Shown here in pieces: positions 16,313-25,601 of a DNA stretch of 33,998 nucleotides. This DNA comes from Nanobdellota archaeon (GTDB lineage: Archaea > Nanobdellota > Nanobdellia > Pacearchaeales > GW2011-AR1). The notes under the pieces were generated by a model. That model searched no databases, was not told the DNA's origin, and saw nothing but the letters and a program-made list of their open reading frames with translations. The stretch is taken from positions 1 to 33,998 of the forward strand of contig JBBSYD010000032.1 of the NCBI GenBank assembly GCA_038045425.1, read 5' to 3'. Each line of letters opens with the position of its first letter. Positions within the stretch are counted from its first letter, which is position 1. The position numbers were made by a program, and so were the translations under genes.

Positions 16313-18511
16313 CGCTTCTAATTGAGAACGATATCTTGCAACTTTCTCTGTAAACTCTCTAGGTGGACGAGCAAGATCCCAATCAAGAAGCTTATACCCT
16401 CCAAGGGGTCCATATTTTAGAGGATATGCTGTAGAAAGTACTTTCTTGCCAGATGCTTTATCTCGAATATCTAAAAGAAAAGTATAATTTCCTACAGGTA
16501 TATTTGTCCCTCCTGGAAGTGGGAGTGTCACTAAATGAGGCCAGTTAACTTGAGAGTAATTCAATTCAGGTATGCGACAATCCATTTCATAGTTATCTCT
16601 AAAATTGTACTCTAGACCATTCAATAGCCCATTAGTTGGATTAAATGTATCAAACTGTATCTCATTCTGAAGATATGAAAACTGTACTTTAGATACTCTA
16701 AGAACTTCAGAAGGCATTTTTCCAACTATTAGAGGAATTCTTTCTTCGACAAGAGCATTTGTTCCATTTGCCTTTATAATAAAATCTATGTCATCTCTAG
16801 AATTTACTTCTTTTGGTGGAAATGCATTTACTATAATCGTATAGTTTCCTGCAGGCATGTTTGTAGGTATTCTTAGCGATGCAAAATTTTTATTAAACTG
16901 ACCCCCTGGAGGATATCCCCTTGAAGAAACAGACTTAGGGTTAGTTGATAAGCTATTAAACTCTTCAGAAGGTATATTCGTCGTCCCCTCAACTGAAACC
17001 TTTATAGGATAAACTAAGTAAGGAACTCTAAGATTTCTTGAAGGCAAAGGTCTTTGGAGAATATCCCCCGTAACAGTTACAATGTCTCCAGGTTTAGCTA
17101 ATATTAATTTAGTTTTTGATGGATAATGTTGGTCATTTGTAGAGGCACGATCATAACAATCTGCTCTCGCTTTCATATCAAACAATGCAGAAGGCACAAG
17201 TCTATTATTTCCATCCCAATCAGCATCTAATAATATTGTCTTTTGCTCATCCCCCATAAGTTGTCTAGCATAATTCAAAGCGTTAGAATTATTTATGGCG
17301 ATATTCGTCCCAGCTCCAAGTGCCACGAGCCCAGTTAAAGCAATTAACGAATTTCTAACCCAATGTTTTTTTACTTTCTGCCAAGTACTTGGCTTTTCAA
17401 CACAATCTAATCTTTTAACTAGACCCATTAGTGTAGGAATTCTTTTAGAGTCATATCTTAATCCATCGTAAAGTAATTCTTTGTAGTCTTTTGCATTTTC
17501 TGGTAATCTATCTAAAGCAGTGCTCAACATTTTGTCGTATTCATTTTCATCAAAAGGATTTGAATCATAAGGACTTACAGGCAGAAAATCTTCACCCAAA
17601 AGCATCATCCCAAACATTTTTGTTAGAGAATAAACTTCTGACGCCTGATCGTATTTTGAAGCTTTGCCAGTTCTCGCACCCATTAATCTTGGGTCACAAG
17701 TCTTTCTTCCAGGGCATGAATGAGTGAATTCATCAACTTCTTCATTAGGTCTTCCAGCAGCAGAAGTATCTGTAATAACTAAATCTCCCTGTCTTCCACC
17801 TAGAGCTACTAAAAGATTAGAAGGTTTAAGATCCCTATGTAAATGACCTGTTCTAGCAAAAAATGCTTGACTCTGTTCAAACATCTTTCTTGCATAATGA
17901 GTAGCAATATGAACGGGTAATGTTTTCTTTTGTTCAAGTATTTGTTGCAATGAAGCTGAAGGAACAAATTGTTCAGCATAAGCATAACATCCAAGATATC
18001 CTACATCTGAGAGGTCCCTTCCTTCTACTGGAGAAGAAAATCCAGTTAATCCACTTGTCTCAATAGCCATACTAGCTTCACGTCTTGAATTATACTCCTT
18101 CCTGTAATGTTTTAACATTGCTGGCGAAGCAACAGAAACAACTTCGCTTTCAGGTTTATCCATTTTTACTGCAAAGATTATATGTTTTTGCGAAGCGCTG
18201 TCAAAAACTGGCTGAGCTACAAAAACGTCTTTTATGTTTCCAGATTGATAATGCCCCCAATCATTCCATTGGGGAAACTTTGATTTCAGAGCATCGGCTT
18301 TTGCACGTAATTCAGGAGTTAGTTGAATATAAGGGACAATAGGGGGTTGTGAAACATCGCTCAAAAATTCTTTAAGAGTTTGAGGTTTTGGTTGATCTGT
18401 AAAAAATAGAGATCTAAACCCACTCCATAAACTTTTTCCAAGAGTTCTTTTGATAGATTCTTCATTTTTACTAGGTGCATTCGCAAGTGCCAAGTCCATT
18501 TCTAGGCTCAT
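16280..18511 (-). CDS. membrane-anchored Ser/Thr (Hanks-like) protein kinase with extracytoplasmic beta-rich domain (module 2)
   Basis: FAVK lysine, HRDLKPSNLL, ITDTS, SEVYSL, TM LIALTGLVALGAG; C-terminal P.GNY and RIP.IVGK shared with kinase 1. Confidence 0.88.
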   Translation of the reverse strand: MSLEMDLALANAPSKNEESIKRTLGKSLWSGFRSLFFTDQPKPQTLKEFLSDVSQPPIVPYIQLTPELRAKADALKSKFPQWNDWGHYQSGNIKDVFVAQPVFDSASQKHIIFAVKMDKPESEVVSVASPAMLKHYRKEYNSRREASMAIETSGLTGFSSPVEGRDLSDVGYLGCYAYAEQFVPSASLQQILEQKKTLPVHIATHYARKMFEQSQAFFARTGHLHRDLKPSNLLVALGGRQGDLVITDTSAAGRPNEEVDEFTHSCPGRKTCDPRLMGARTGKASKYDQASEVYSLTKMFGMMLLGEDFLPVSPYDSNPFDENEYDKMLSTALDRLPENAKDYKELLYDGLRYDSKRIPTLMGLVKRLDCVEKPSTWQKVKKHWVRNSLIALTGLVALGAGTNIAINNSNALNYARQLMGDEQKTILLDADWDGNNRLVPSALFDMKARADCYDRASTNDQHYPSKTKLILAKPGDIVTVTGDILQRPLPSRNLRVPYLVYPIKVSVEGTTNIPSEEFNSLSTNPKSVSSRGYPPGGQFNKNFASLRIPTNMPAGNYTIIVNAFPPKEVNSRDDIDFIIKANGTNALVEERIPLIVGKMPSEVLRVSKVQFSYLQNEIQFDTFNPTNGLLNGLEYNFRDNYEMDCRIPELNYSQVNWPHLVTLPLPGGTNIPVGNYTFLLDIRDKASGKKVLSTAYPLKYGPLGGYKLLDWDLARPPREFTEKVARYRSQLEASEQKTAQRTN

Positions 18512-18696
18512 TAGTAGTTCACCTCATTTTGATTATTATCTAAAACATTATCTTCATCTAGAATGTCAATCGTCAGTTGAGTAAGCATTCCAGGCTTAAT
18601 TATTTCAGAAAGATGCTTTGGAACTACAATTATAGTATCGCGCCCATGCTTGGCAATTCTCTTTGTAATTATAATTTGGCGTCTTTTGGTGTTCAT
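18511..18696 (-). CDS. small AbrB/DUF2080-like DNA-binding protein (module 2)
   Basis: IITKRIAKHG...IIV.P...KPGM shared with 2495-2656; TAATG-coupled to the kinase. Confidence 0.78.
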   Translation of the reverse strand: MNTKRRQIIITKRIAKHGRDTIIVVPKHLSEIIKPGMLTQLTIDILDEDNVLDNNQNEVNY

Positions 18697-18707
18697 TGTG
18701 GATATCT

Positions 18708-18741
18708 GCTGTAGCTGGGCTACAGCGAAAGGGTATTTAAA
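18708..18741 (-). promoter_or_regulatory. inverted repeat GCTGTAGC-N3-GCTACAGC between TATA box and start codon
   Basis: Palindrome 18708-18726; minus-strand TTTAAATA at 18734-18741. Confidence 0.55.
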
Positions 18742-18849
18742 TGTAACTATAAAATGACAACATTAGCGTGTATTTTTAGCAATATTACAAAACACGCAGA
18801 AGTCTAGGACATCTAACTTCAGTATTCTTATATTTCATAAGATTTAGTA

Positions 18850-19119
18850 TTAAGACGCACGGGTAACTGGAACCGAAGTTGGTTTAGGTGAAGGAGAGGG
18901 AGTTACAACGGAGTCGGGAGTTGGGGTAGGAGTTACTTGAGCGATTGCATTGATGGAGTTGGTTGAATTGGATTTATTTGATGTGGATGAGGATTGATTA
19001 ATTGGAGGATAATCTTGAAGAATGGATTTTGAAGGGGTGAGAAGTCCAATTGCTAAAATGTTGATAACTAGAACTGCGAAGATTATGAGAGAGATACCGA
19101 CGATTAATTTTGATTTCAT
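18850..19119 (-). CDS. small membrane-anchored Ser/Thr/Pro-rich protein ending TRAS (candidate ApbE substrate)
   Basis: N-terminal TM helix, low-complexity linker, last gene of the apbE cluster. Confidence 0.65.
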   Translation of the reverse strand: MKSKLIVGISLIIFAVLVINILAIGLLTPSKSILQDYPPINQSSSTSNKSNSTNSINAIAQVTPTPTPDSVVTPSPSPKPTSVPVTRAS

Positions 19120-19120
19120 T

Positions 19121-20410
19121 TTATTTTAGATTGAAGTCTTCGAAGTGGATGTCTTCGGACTTTACTCCTTTTTTCTTTAGTTGAGATTCTAGGGAGAGCA
19201 TCATATTAGTTGGACCGCAAAGAAGAAATGATTTGTTTGCTAGTCCTGAAATCTTTTCTATAATTTCTGCGGAAAGACGAGGTTTTTCTTCAGTATGATA
19301 TGGAATTATTTTTAGATTATTGTTTGATTTGTTTGCTATTTCATTTAAGATTGGAAGAAATATTGCGTCTTCCTTATTTCTGGTGCAATAATATAAGTCT
19401 ACTTTTGAATTGAATTTGATTGATTGAGCTATGCTTAGAAAAGGAGTAATACCTATTCCCCCAGCTATCCAGACTTGTTCTTGAGTTGGTTTTGCATTTT
19501 GTCCGAATTTTCCATACGGGCCTTCTATTTCTACAATTGCTCCTGATGAAAGAGATTTTAGTTGATTGGTGAAATCTCCTAGAGATTTTATTGCAAAAGT
19601 TAATTTTTCATTGTCTGGGCCTGATGCGATGGTAAATGGATGGCTTTCGTTTTCTACTCTTGAATCAAGGAATTTGATAAATATAAATTGCCCTGGTTTG
19701 AAATTTATTTTCTTTCCTAAAGGAGAAAATTTTAGAAGAAGGATATTGTTGCTAAGAGATTTTATGCTTTCTAATTTATATTTGAATGGACTTTTTAGTT
19801 CATGACGAACAAATGAGCCATAGAGATAGGAGAGTGCTCCCATGACTGAAATTAAAATCATATAATATTTTAGAAGAGGATAGAAAGTTATATCTGTAGT
19901 AACTAGGAATACATGGAAACAGGCAATTAGAAATACTAAACCCATGAATTTATGAGAAATTCTCCATTTCTTATAAGTTATTTTTGCAAATATTGTTAGA
20001 ACTATAAGAAGAATCATAGCTAAGAGGGCGATTATTCCGAAATTTATTGGCCAACTTGAACTTGGAAGTAAATAAAGTGCTGCTTGTTGGATATTAGAGG
20101 GGATAAACTTTATGACTAGCAGTAGAGGATGAAATAGGATTAATACAAAAGATAAAATTCCTAATAAATGATGAAATTGATAGACTTTGTCTAAGCCATT
20201 AAAATATTCTTCTACTATTTTTAGTCGCATTGTTAGAATGAATGTTAAAGCAAACATAGTCATGCCTACAAGTCCAGATAATTGACCTAGAGAGTGAGTA
20301 ATAACTGAGTAGTTTGAGAACATAGGAGTTCCTGAACGAACAATTAGCCAGAGGAGAATGGGAATTGCTGAAAAAATCCAGAAGATGGTTGGACCGAGTT
20401 TAGTTTTCAT
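19121..20410 (-). CDS. ferric reductase-like transmembrane protein with FAD- and NAD-binding domains
   Basis: TM heme histidines (FHH, FHP, SHK, FHV), KPGQF, HPFTIAS, EGPYG, AGGIGITPF, CGP, FEDF. Confidence 0.92.
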   Translation of the reverse strand: MKTKLGPTIFWIFSAIPILLWLIVRSGTPMFSNYSVITHSLGQLSGLVGMTMFALTFILTMRLKIVEEYFNGLDKVYQFHHLLGILSFVLILFHPLLLVIKFIPSNIQQAALYLLPSSSWPINFGIIALLAMILLIVLTIFAKITYKKWRISHKFMGLVFLIACFHVFLVTTDITFYPLLKYYMILISVMGALSYLYGSFVRHELKSPFKYKLESIKSLSNNILLLKFSPLGKKINFKPGQFIFIKFLDSRVENESHPFTIASGPDNEKLTFAIKSLGDFTNQLKSLSSGAIVEIEGPYGKFGQNAKPTQEQVWIAGGIGITPFLSIAQSIKFNSKVDLYYCTRNKEDAIFLPILNEIANKSNNNLKIIPYHTEEKPRLSAEIIEKISGLANKSFLLCGPTNMMLSLESQLKKKGVKSEDIHFEDFNLK

Positions 20411-21260
20411 TGTTTACCTCTCTAATCAACTGAGAAAAACAATTATAATGCTTTTGGTTTAGTTTTATGTCTATGGTTAGAACTTTAATTTGAGGATTTT
20501 TTGCTATGAGCTCTTCTCTTTCTTTTATGGAGAGGACAAAGAGAGAAGTTGAGAAGGCATCGGCTTCAGTAAGAGTTGGAGCGATTACTGTGACTGAACA
20601 TAAATCTTTTTGATTTAGGATATGAGAATTTTCAAAATATTTTGAGTATTGATAGTAATCTCCTGAAGTGGCAATGCAAGAATCTTTTACTTCAATTGAT
20701 GAAATTGATTTTTCTTTATCTCTTGGATGTTGAATATTTACTTTTTGAGGTTCTCCTGAAATGATTATGTCTCCTCTTGCATCAACTAAAAAAGAAGATA
20801 ATCCTTTTTCTTTTAGGAAATCTGCGATTTTATCTGCGATGTATCCTTTAGCTATACTACCTAAGTCTAGAATCATTTCTGGATGATTTAGAGAAATTTT
20901 GTTTTTTATTATTTGGATGTCTTTATAGGAATAGGGAAATAGAGCTATGGATTGTTGATTTGCCTTACGCTGAAGAAATTGCTTTCCTAGAGAAATATCA
21001 TATCTTCCTTTGGTGAGTTTGGAAAATTCAATTGCTTTTTTAATTACAAATAATAAATCTGGAGAGACCTTAAGAGAGCGATTTTTGTTTAGAAGAGAAA
21101 GTTCACTCTCTTTGTCGTAGAAATTAAATATTTTTTGAAGTTTTAATCCTAAGAGATATGCTTCTTCTAGTATCTCCTGAGTTATTAGCTCTGGGGCATT
21201 GAAGGCTATTAACTTTAACTCTTTCCCGAATAGGGGCTTAGATAATTGAGAGTGTTCCAT
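20400..21260 (-). CDS. apbE: FAD:protein FMN transferase (ApbE family), no obvious signal peptide
   Basis: SELSLLN, DLGSIAKGY, IATSGDY, SHILN, SVTVIA..ADAFST. Confidence 0.92.
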   Translation of the reverse strand: MEHSQLSKPLFGKELKLIAFNAPELITQEILEEAYLLGLKLQKIFNFYDKESELSLLNKNRSLKVSPDLLFVIKKAIEFSKLTKGRYDISLGKQFLQRKANQQSIALFPYSYKDIQIIKNKISLNHPEMILDLGSIAKGYIADKIADFLKEKGLSSFLVDARGDIIISGEPQKVNIQHPRDKEKSISSIEVKDSCIATSGDYYQYSKYFENSHILNQKDLCSVTVIAPTLTEADAFSTSLFVLSIKEREELIAKNPQIKVLTIDIKLNQKHYNCFSQLIREVNNEN

Positions 21261-21268
21261 TAGAAAAT

Positions 21269-21607
21269 TTATCCTAAATTCCCTTTAAATGTTCCGACTT
21301 TTGGAATTTTGTAGGAGTTATTTTCTCCGTGCTTGTTATTAAATGCATTTTCAAAGTTGTCGCTCGTTCCGCAGAAAGGAATTATTGCCTCTGGCTTTCC
21401 TGGATGATTTGGAAGGAAAGAAGTTATGTCATATACTTCATTTCCGTAGGACACCCAACAGTCAGAAGGTGAATTATGCTTGCTTAATTCTGCAAGGGAG
21501 ATGGTTTGAGAAGAACTGATTGAGTTTCCAGTTAGTTTGGGAATTAAGATAAATAGACCTAACGCCAAGACCAAAATTGCTCCGAGAATAAATACCGACT
21601 TTTTCAT
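21269..21607 (-). CDS. membrane-anchored cytochrome b5-like heme-binding protein
   Basis: N-terminal TM; HN..DCWV, VYDIT, HPG, second His in KHG. Confidence 0.9.
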   Translation of the reverse strand: MKKSVFILGAILVLALGLFILIPKLTGNSISSSQTISLAELSKHNSPSDCWVSYGNEVYDITSFLPNHPGKPEAIIPFCGTSDNFENAFNNKHGENNSYKIPKVGTFKGNLG

Positions 21608-21685
21608 ATAGTGACTTATTTGAAAGTGCTTTTATAGCTTATGGAAGATACTTCTATTTTATAAATATAATCAAGTTTGATGTAG

Positions 21686-22306
21686 TTATTTCTTTTCTAT
21701 AATTAGACAGGAAAGAAAGAAAATAAATATTGCTAGAAGGAAACCTGCTAGGACATCTGAAAAATAATGAACGTTTAGGTAGATTCTTGTAAACCCTATT
21801 AAGAGAGTCATTAGAACTGCAGCGATAGATAATGAAATTTTACTTATCTTTGAAATATGATGTTTGAGTGAAAATATTAAAATTATGAAGAAGAGGCAGG
21901 CAAAGGTTGCATGCCCACTGGGAAAACTAAATCCTGAAGAATAGATTAAGGAATTGTCTGGTCTAGCTCGAGATAATAGAAAGTTTAATCCAAATTTTAA
22001 TATTAATGCTAAAATGAATGAAAGAATAATTACTTTTGATTTCTTGATACCATGGCGTTTGTAGACTAAATATGCAAGAAATAGTCCTAGAATAATTAAG
22101 ATAGTTGGTTGGAAAATATTTGTAATTTGATGAAAAAAAGTTGTTAAGAAAGGAGATTGAATGTACGGAATGAGTTGAGATATTTGATTATCTAGGAGGT
22201 AGATTTGTCCTTGAGTTTGAATATTTACTGCGATAACGGCAAGGAGAATTAGAGATAGAAAGACTAGGAGAATGCGTAATCTATTTAGAGGATTGAAAGT
22301 TTTCAT
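21686..22306 (-). CDS. PAP2-family membrane phosphatase
   Basis: K..RARP, SFPSGH, TRIYLNVHYFSDV. Confidence 0.93.
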   Translation of the reverse strand: MKTFNPLNRLRILLVFLSLILLAVIAVNIQTQGQIYLLDNQISQLIPYIQSPFLTTFFHQITNIFQPTILIILGLFLAYLVYKRHGIKKSKVIILSFILALILKFGLNFLLSRARPDNSLIYSSGFSFPSGHATFACLFFIILIFSLKHHISKISKISLSIAAVLMTLLIGFTRIYLNVHYFSDVLAGFLLAIFIFFLSCLIIEKK

Positions 22307-22307
22307 T

Positions 22308-23459
22308 TTAATTTATAGGTTTTTTGTTTAGATAAACTTTTATATGACGTTTGCCGAGTTCAGAAATAAATTTATTATGGGGAACACATCCCTCTGGGGC
22401 ATGAACTCCTGAGGATTTTATTTCTCCCTTAAATAACATTTGAGAAATGATTGAAATTGTTCTTCCTGTGTCTATATTACTTCCTGCGGATTCCCATCCC
22501 TTTTCAGTTTTGACTATGCAGTCTATTTCTGCTTTTAATGGCTTGTCGTTTTTCTTTCCTGAAATTCTTACCCAGATATTTTCTACTTCTTTGTATCCTT
22601 TTGGAGGATGAATTTTCTTCAGTTCTTGGGTAATATAATACAAAGGAGTTGTGTTTATTCCATTGATTGTAGTAGGTTTTGATGAATTATATCCTTGTTT
22701 TATAAGATTCTGAATGTAATCATATGAATGTTTTGGAAAACCTGCAAGATAATGAACATTTTTTATTCCTTTGGACTTGAAGTATTTTGCAAATGTGTAG
22801 ACTTCTGAATGGACTATGCAATAGCAAGTTTGTTTTCCCACTGCTTTGAAGTTGAATGTTCCTTGACATTTTATTCTGTTGGATTTGAAAAACTTTCCAT
22901 CTGAAAGAACTACTGGAGGTTGAGTAAATTCATCGAATATACTTTGAATGGAATAGGGCGTAACAAATACTTTTTTATTTGAATCCCAGGCAAAACCTAA
23001 GTCTATGGTATCAACTGAATCGAAATCTTCAATTATGTGTGCAGTAAGAACATTTGAAATTCCGGGAGTTGAACCACAGCCAGTTATGCAAAGAATATTT
23101 TTATTTTTGAATTGATTGTCAAGAGAGAATTGCTGTTTGGTTATTTTTTGTAATCCTCCCAAGTCAGTTAGAGAAGTTTTTGTTTTTAGGCAAGCATTCA
23201 TTATGGGGATATTGAAAGTTAGTTCTGCACAATTGATTACTACTTTTGCTTTTGATTTCATTATTGCTTGAGAAATTGAGGATTCATTTTTCAAGTCTAC
23301 TTTGAGAAAACCTGCTTTTTTATTTTTGAGAAGATGCTGAATTCCCGTTGGGTCTCGCCCGACTAAAAGAATGGAATATCCTGATTGAAGTAAGTCTTTT
23401 GCACAAATTCGTCCTTGCAACCCTGTGCCTCCAAATATAATAAAGTCGTATTTCATCAT
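22308..23459 (-). CDS. saccharopine dehydrogenase-family oxidoreductase
   Basis: GGTGLQG Rossmann motif, VINC, DLGG, GCGSTPGISN, HSEV, GVHAPE. Confidence 0.85.
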   Translation of the reverse strand: MMKYDFIIFGGTGLQGRICAKDLLQSGYSILLVGRDPTGIQHLLKNKKAGFLKVDLKNESSISQAIMKSKAKVVINCAELTFNIPIMNACLKTKTSLTDLGGLQKITKQQFSLDNQFKNKNILCITGCGSTPGISNVLTAHIIEDFDSVDTIDLGFAWDSNKKVFVTPYSIQSIFDEFTQPPVVLSDGKFFKSNRIKCQGTFNFKAVGKQTCYCIVHSEVYTFAKYFKSKGIKNVHYLAGFPKHSYDYIQNLIKQGYNSSKPTTINGINTTPLYYITQELKKIHPPKGYKEVENIWVRISGKKNDKPLKAEIDCIVKTEKGWESAGSNIDTGRTISIISQMLFKGEIKSSGVHAPEGCVPHNKFISELGKRHIKVYLNKKPIN

Positions 23460-23754
23460 TTCACCTCTGTTATAAAAATGGAAATGGGGGTTTTTATTAG
23501 TTGTGGATTATGAATAATTTTCTACAGCAAAACATATTGTTAGAATTGAATAATAAAGATTTAGGTGAATTTTAAGAGATAAATGGTTTTAATGCGTGCG
23601 TTGTAGGAGAATGTGTGTAGTATGAGATTAATTTTTTAAACATATTGAGAGATATTGACATGAATTTTAGATTTTAGTTGAAGTTATGAAACTTGTATTC
23701 TGGGCTTAGAATTTAAAACTAAAGGTTTTAATAGGGTTATTTTTTGATATTTTT

Positions 23755-24219
23755 ATGGATATATTAGACTATAAAGTGCGAGCAATTATTAATGAACCCT
23801 TTGAAGAAGGGGGAAGAGGAGTATTTTTAATTCAAACTCCTAATACTGTGAAGAGCAATAGATGGACAACTCCGGGAGGAAATATAAACCATGCACAAAA
23901 TCCTAAGGAATGTATATCTAGGCATATCTATGATGATTTGGGCATAATTGCAAATGTTTATCCCCATCCCTTATTAGAAGCAGTTCAATCAAAAAGAACT
24001 TCAATTGATGTTTTCAGGGCAGAATTACCTGAAGAGTATAATTTTATTATAAGAGGAAATGCACTAAATGCGAGATTTTTTGCACCAAGAGAGATATTCA
24101 CTTTAGGAATTGCTCTTTCCCTGGATAATAGGATTATATTTAGTGTGCTAGCTAAAAGAGGATTTTTTGGAGATGAGTTTAGAAGTTCTTGTTTACAGAC
24201 TGTGGAAATAGCTGTATAA
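23755..24219 (+). CDS. Nudix-fold protein with degenerate Nudix box (copy 1)
   Basis: WTTPGG....NPKECISRHIYDDLGI follows Nudix-box spacing, but the REUXEE residues are replaced. Confidence 0.7.
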   Translation: MDILDYKVRAIINEPFEEGGRGVFLIQTPNTVKSNRWTTPGGNINHAQNPKECISRHIYDDLGIIANVYPHPLLEAVQSKRTSIDVFRAELPEEYNFIIRGNALNARFFAPREIFTLGIALSLDNRIIFSVLAKRGFFGDEFRSSCLQTVEIAV

Positions 24220-24435
24220 AATCAATTATATCTAATTTTAGTAAGGAGTTTATGCTGAAGATATTTTATAGTAGATATTAGAATTATTGAAAATTATATG
24301 TATGAGGTTGCTATTAGAAAATTATATAAGATTAGGGAGATTATTAGACATTAAATTTAGTGGTTATGACCCATTAAAATGATATTTTATCTAGGATAAA
24401 CCTATTTTTTACAAAAGCTTTTAATAGTATTATTT

Positions 24436-24915
24436 TTGAACCTGTTTGTGAAATTAACAAGATATAAATTAAGAGCGTTGATGTATGAAGAGGGAAGAGG
24501 AGTATTTTTAATTCAAACTCCGAATCTTATGAAAAGCAATAGATGGACAACTTCTGGAGGGTATAGAACTCCTGGTTTGAATCACTTGGAATGCATTTCT
24601 AGGCATATCTATGATGATTTGGGAATTCGAACTAGAATAACTGATTTGCCTATATTACGAAATGTTACTTCAAGTAATACTTTGATGGATGTTTATAGTG
24701 CAACGTTACCAGCAGGATATAAATTCTCTGGGCAAGGAATTGCAAAAAGAGCGAGATTTTTTGCACCGAGAGAGATATTTGAACAAGAAATTGAACTTTC
24801 TATGGATAACAGAACAATATTTGAGATACTTGCTAAGAGAGGATTTTTTGGAGATGAGTTTAGAAGTTCTTGTTTGCAAACTGGAGAAACTGGAGCGTAT
24901 AAACAACAACCTTAA
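24436..24915 (+). CDS. Nudix-fold protein with degenerate Nudix box (copy 2); start uncertain (TTG 24436 or GTG 24448)
   Basis: Tandem paralog of 23755-24219 with identical DNA blocks. Confidence 0.65.
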   Translation: MNLFVKLTRYKLRALMYEEGRGVFLIQTPNLMKSNRWTTSGGYRTPGLNHLECISRHIYDDLGIRTRITDLPILRNVTSSNTLMDVYSATLPAGYKFSGQGIAKRARFFAPREIFEQEIELSMDNRTIFEILAKRGFFGDEFRSSCLQTGETGAYKQQP

Positions 24916-24939
24916 ATATACTAAATTTATATCTTATTT

Positions 24940-25278
24940 ATGTCAATGCAATTTTGTCCAAAATGTAAAACTCCTCTTAAATATGTAAAATTTGAAGGAA
25001 AGAATTTAGTATATTGCTCATGTGGTTTCAATAAATTTTCAGACACTCCTTTGATATCTGATGAAAAAATAGCTCATAAAAAAGTAGGAAAAGGAATTGC
25101 AAAAGAAAAGAAAAACAAACTCTCTGACTTTCCTCATGAATGTAGCAAATGTGGACACAATGGATGTGAAGTCATTTCTTTAGGCCCAGCATATAGTGAT
25201 GAATCAGATAGAATTTTATATATCTGCGGAAAATGCAATCACGTAGACAGACAGGCAGATGGAAGTAGTAATGGATAA
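24940..25278 (+). CDS. TFS/RpoM-like double zinc-ribbon transcription factor
   Basis: MQFCPKC...CSC N-ribbon; CSKC...SDE...YICGKC C-ribbon with acidic tip. Confidence 0.8.
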   Translation: MSMQFCPKCKTPLKYVKFEGKNLVYCSCGFNKFSDTPLISDEKIAHKKVGKGIAKEKKNKLSDFPHECSKCGHNGCEVISLGPAYSDESDRILYICGKCNHVDRQADGSSNG

Positions 25279-25340
25279 TTTTTTATAAATTAAGAGTAAA
25301 TAGAAAAAGTTTAAGAGGAGTAAGAGGGGTATTATTTAAT

Positions 25341-25601
25341 ATGAAGATTGAGAAGAAATGTTGGCCTGATTCATTTAATAAAATTCTTAGTGGAGAAAAA
25401 ACATATGAATTGAGATTGGGAGATTTTGAATGTAAATCTGGAGACGTTTTGGTATTGAAGGAATGGGATCCTGAAACTAAAGATTATACTGGGAGAGTTA
25501 TTGAAAAGAAAGTTGGGCATGTTGGTATGGTTTCTGGAAATCTATATTGGAAGCAGGAAGATATTGAGAAATATGGGTTTCAGATAATTAGTTTAAGATG
25601 A
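25341..25601 (+). CDS. ASCH/DUF3850 domain protein
   Basis: K.WP..F..ILSGEKTYELR, GDVLVLKEW, YTGR. Confidence 0.85.
   Translation: MKIEKKCWPDSFNKILSGEKTYELRLGDFECKSGDVLVLKEWDPETKDYTGRVIEKKVGHVGMVSGNLYWKQEDIEKYGFQIISLR

Noticed and set aside
18766-18797. GCGTGT...ACACGC imperfect hairpin as a terminator
   Set aside because: Only 6 bp of perfect stem with a long interrupted interior and no clear U-tract.
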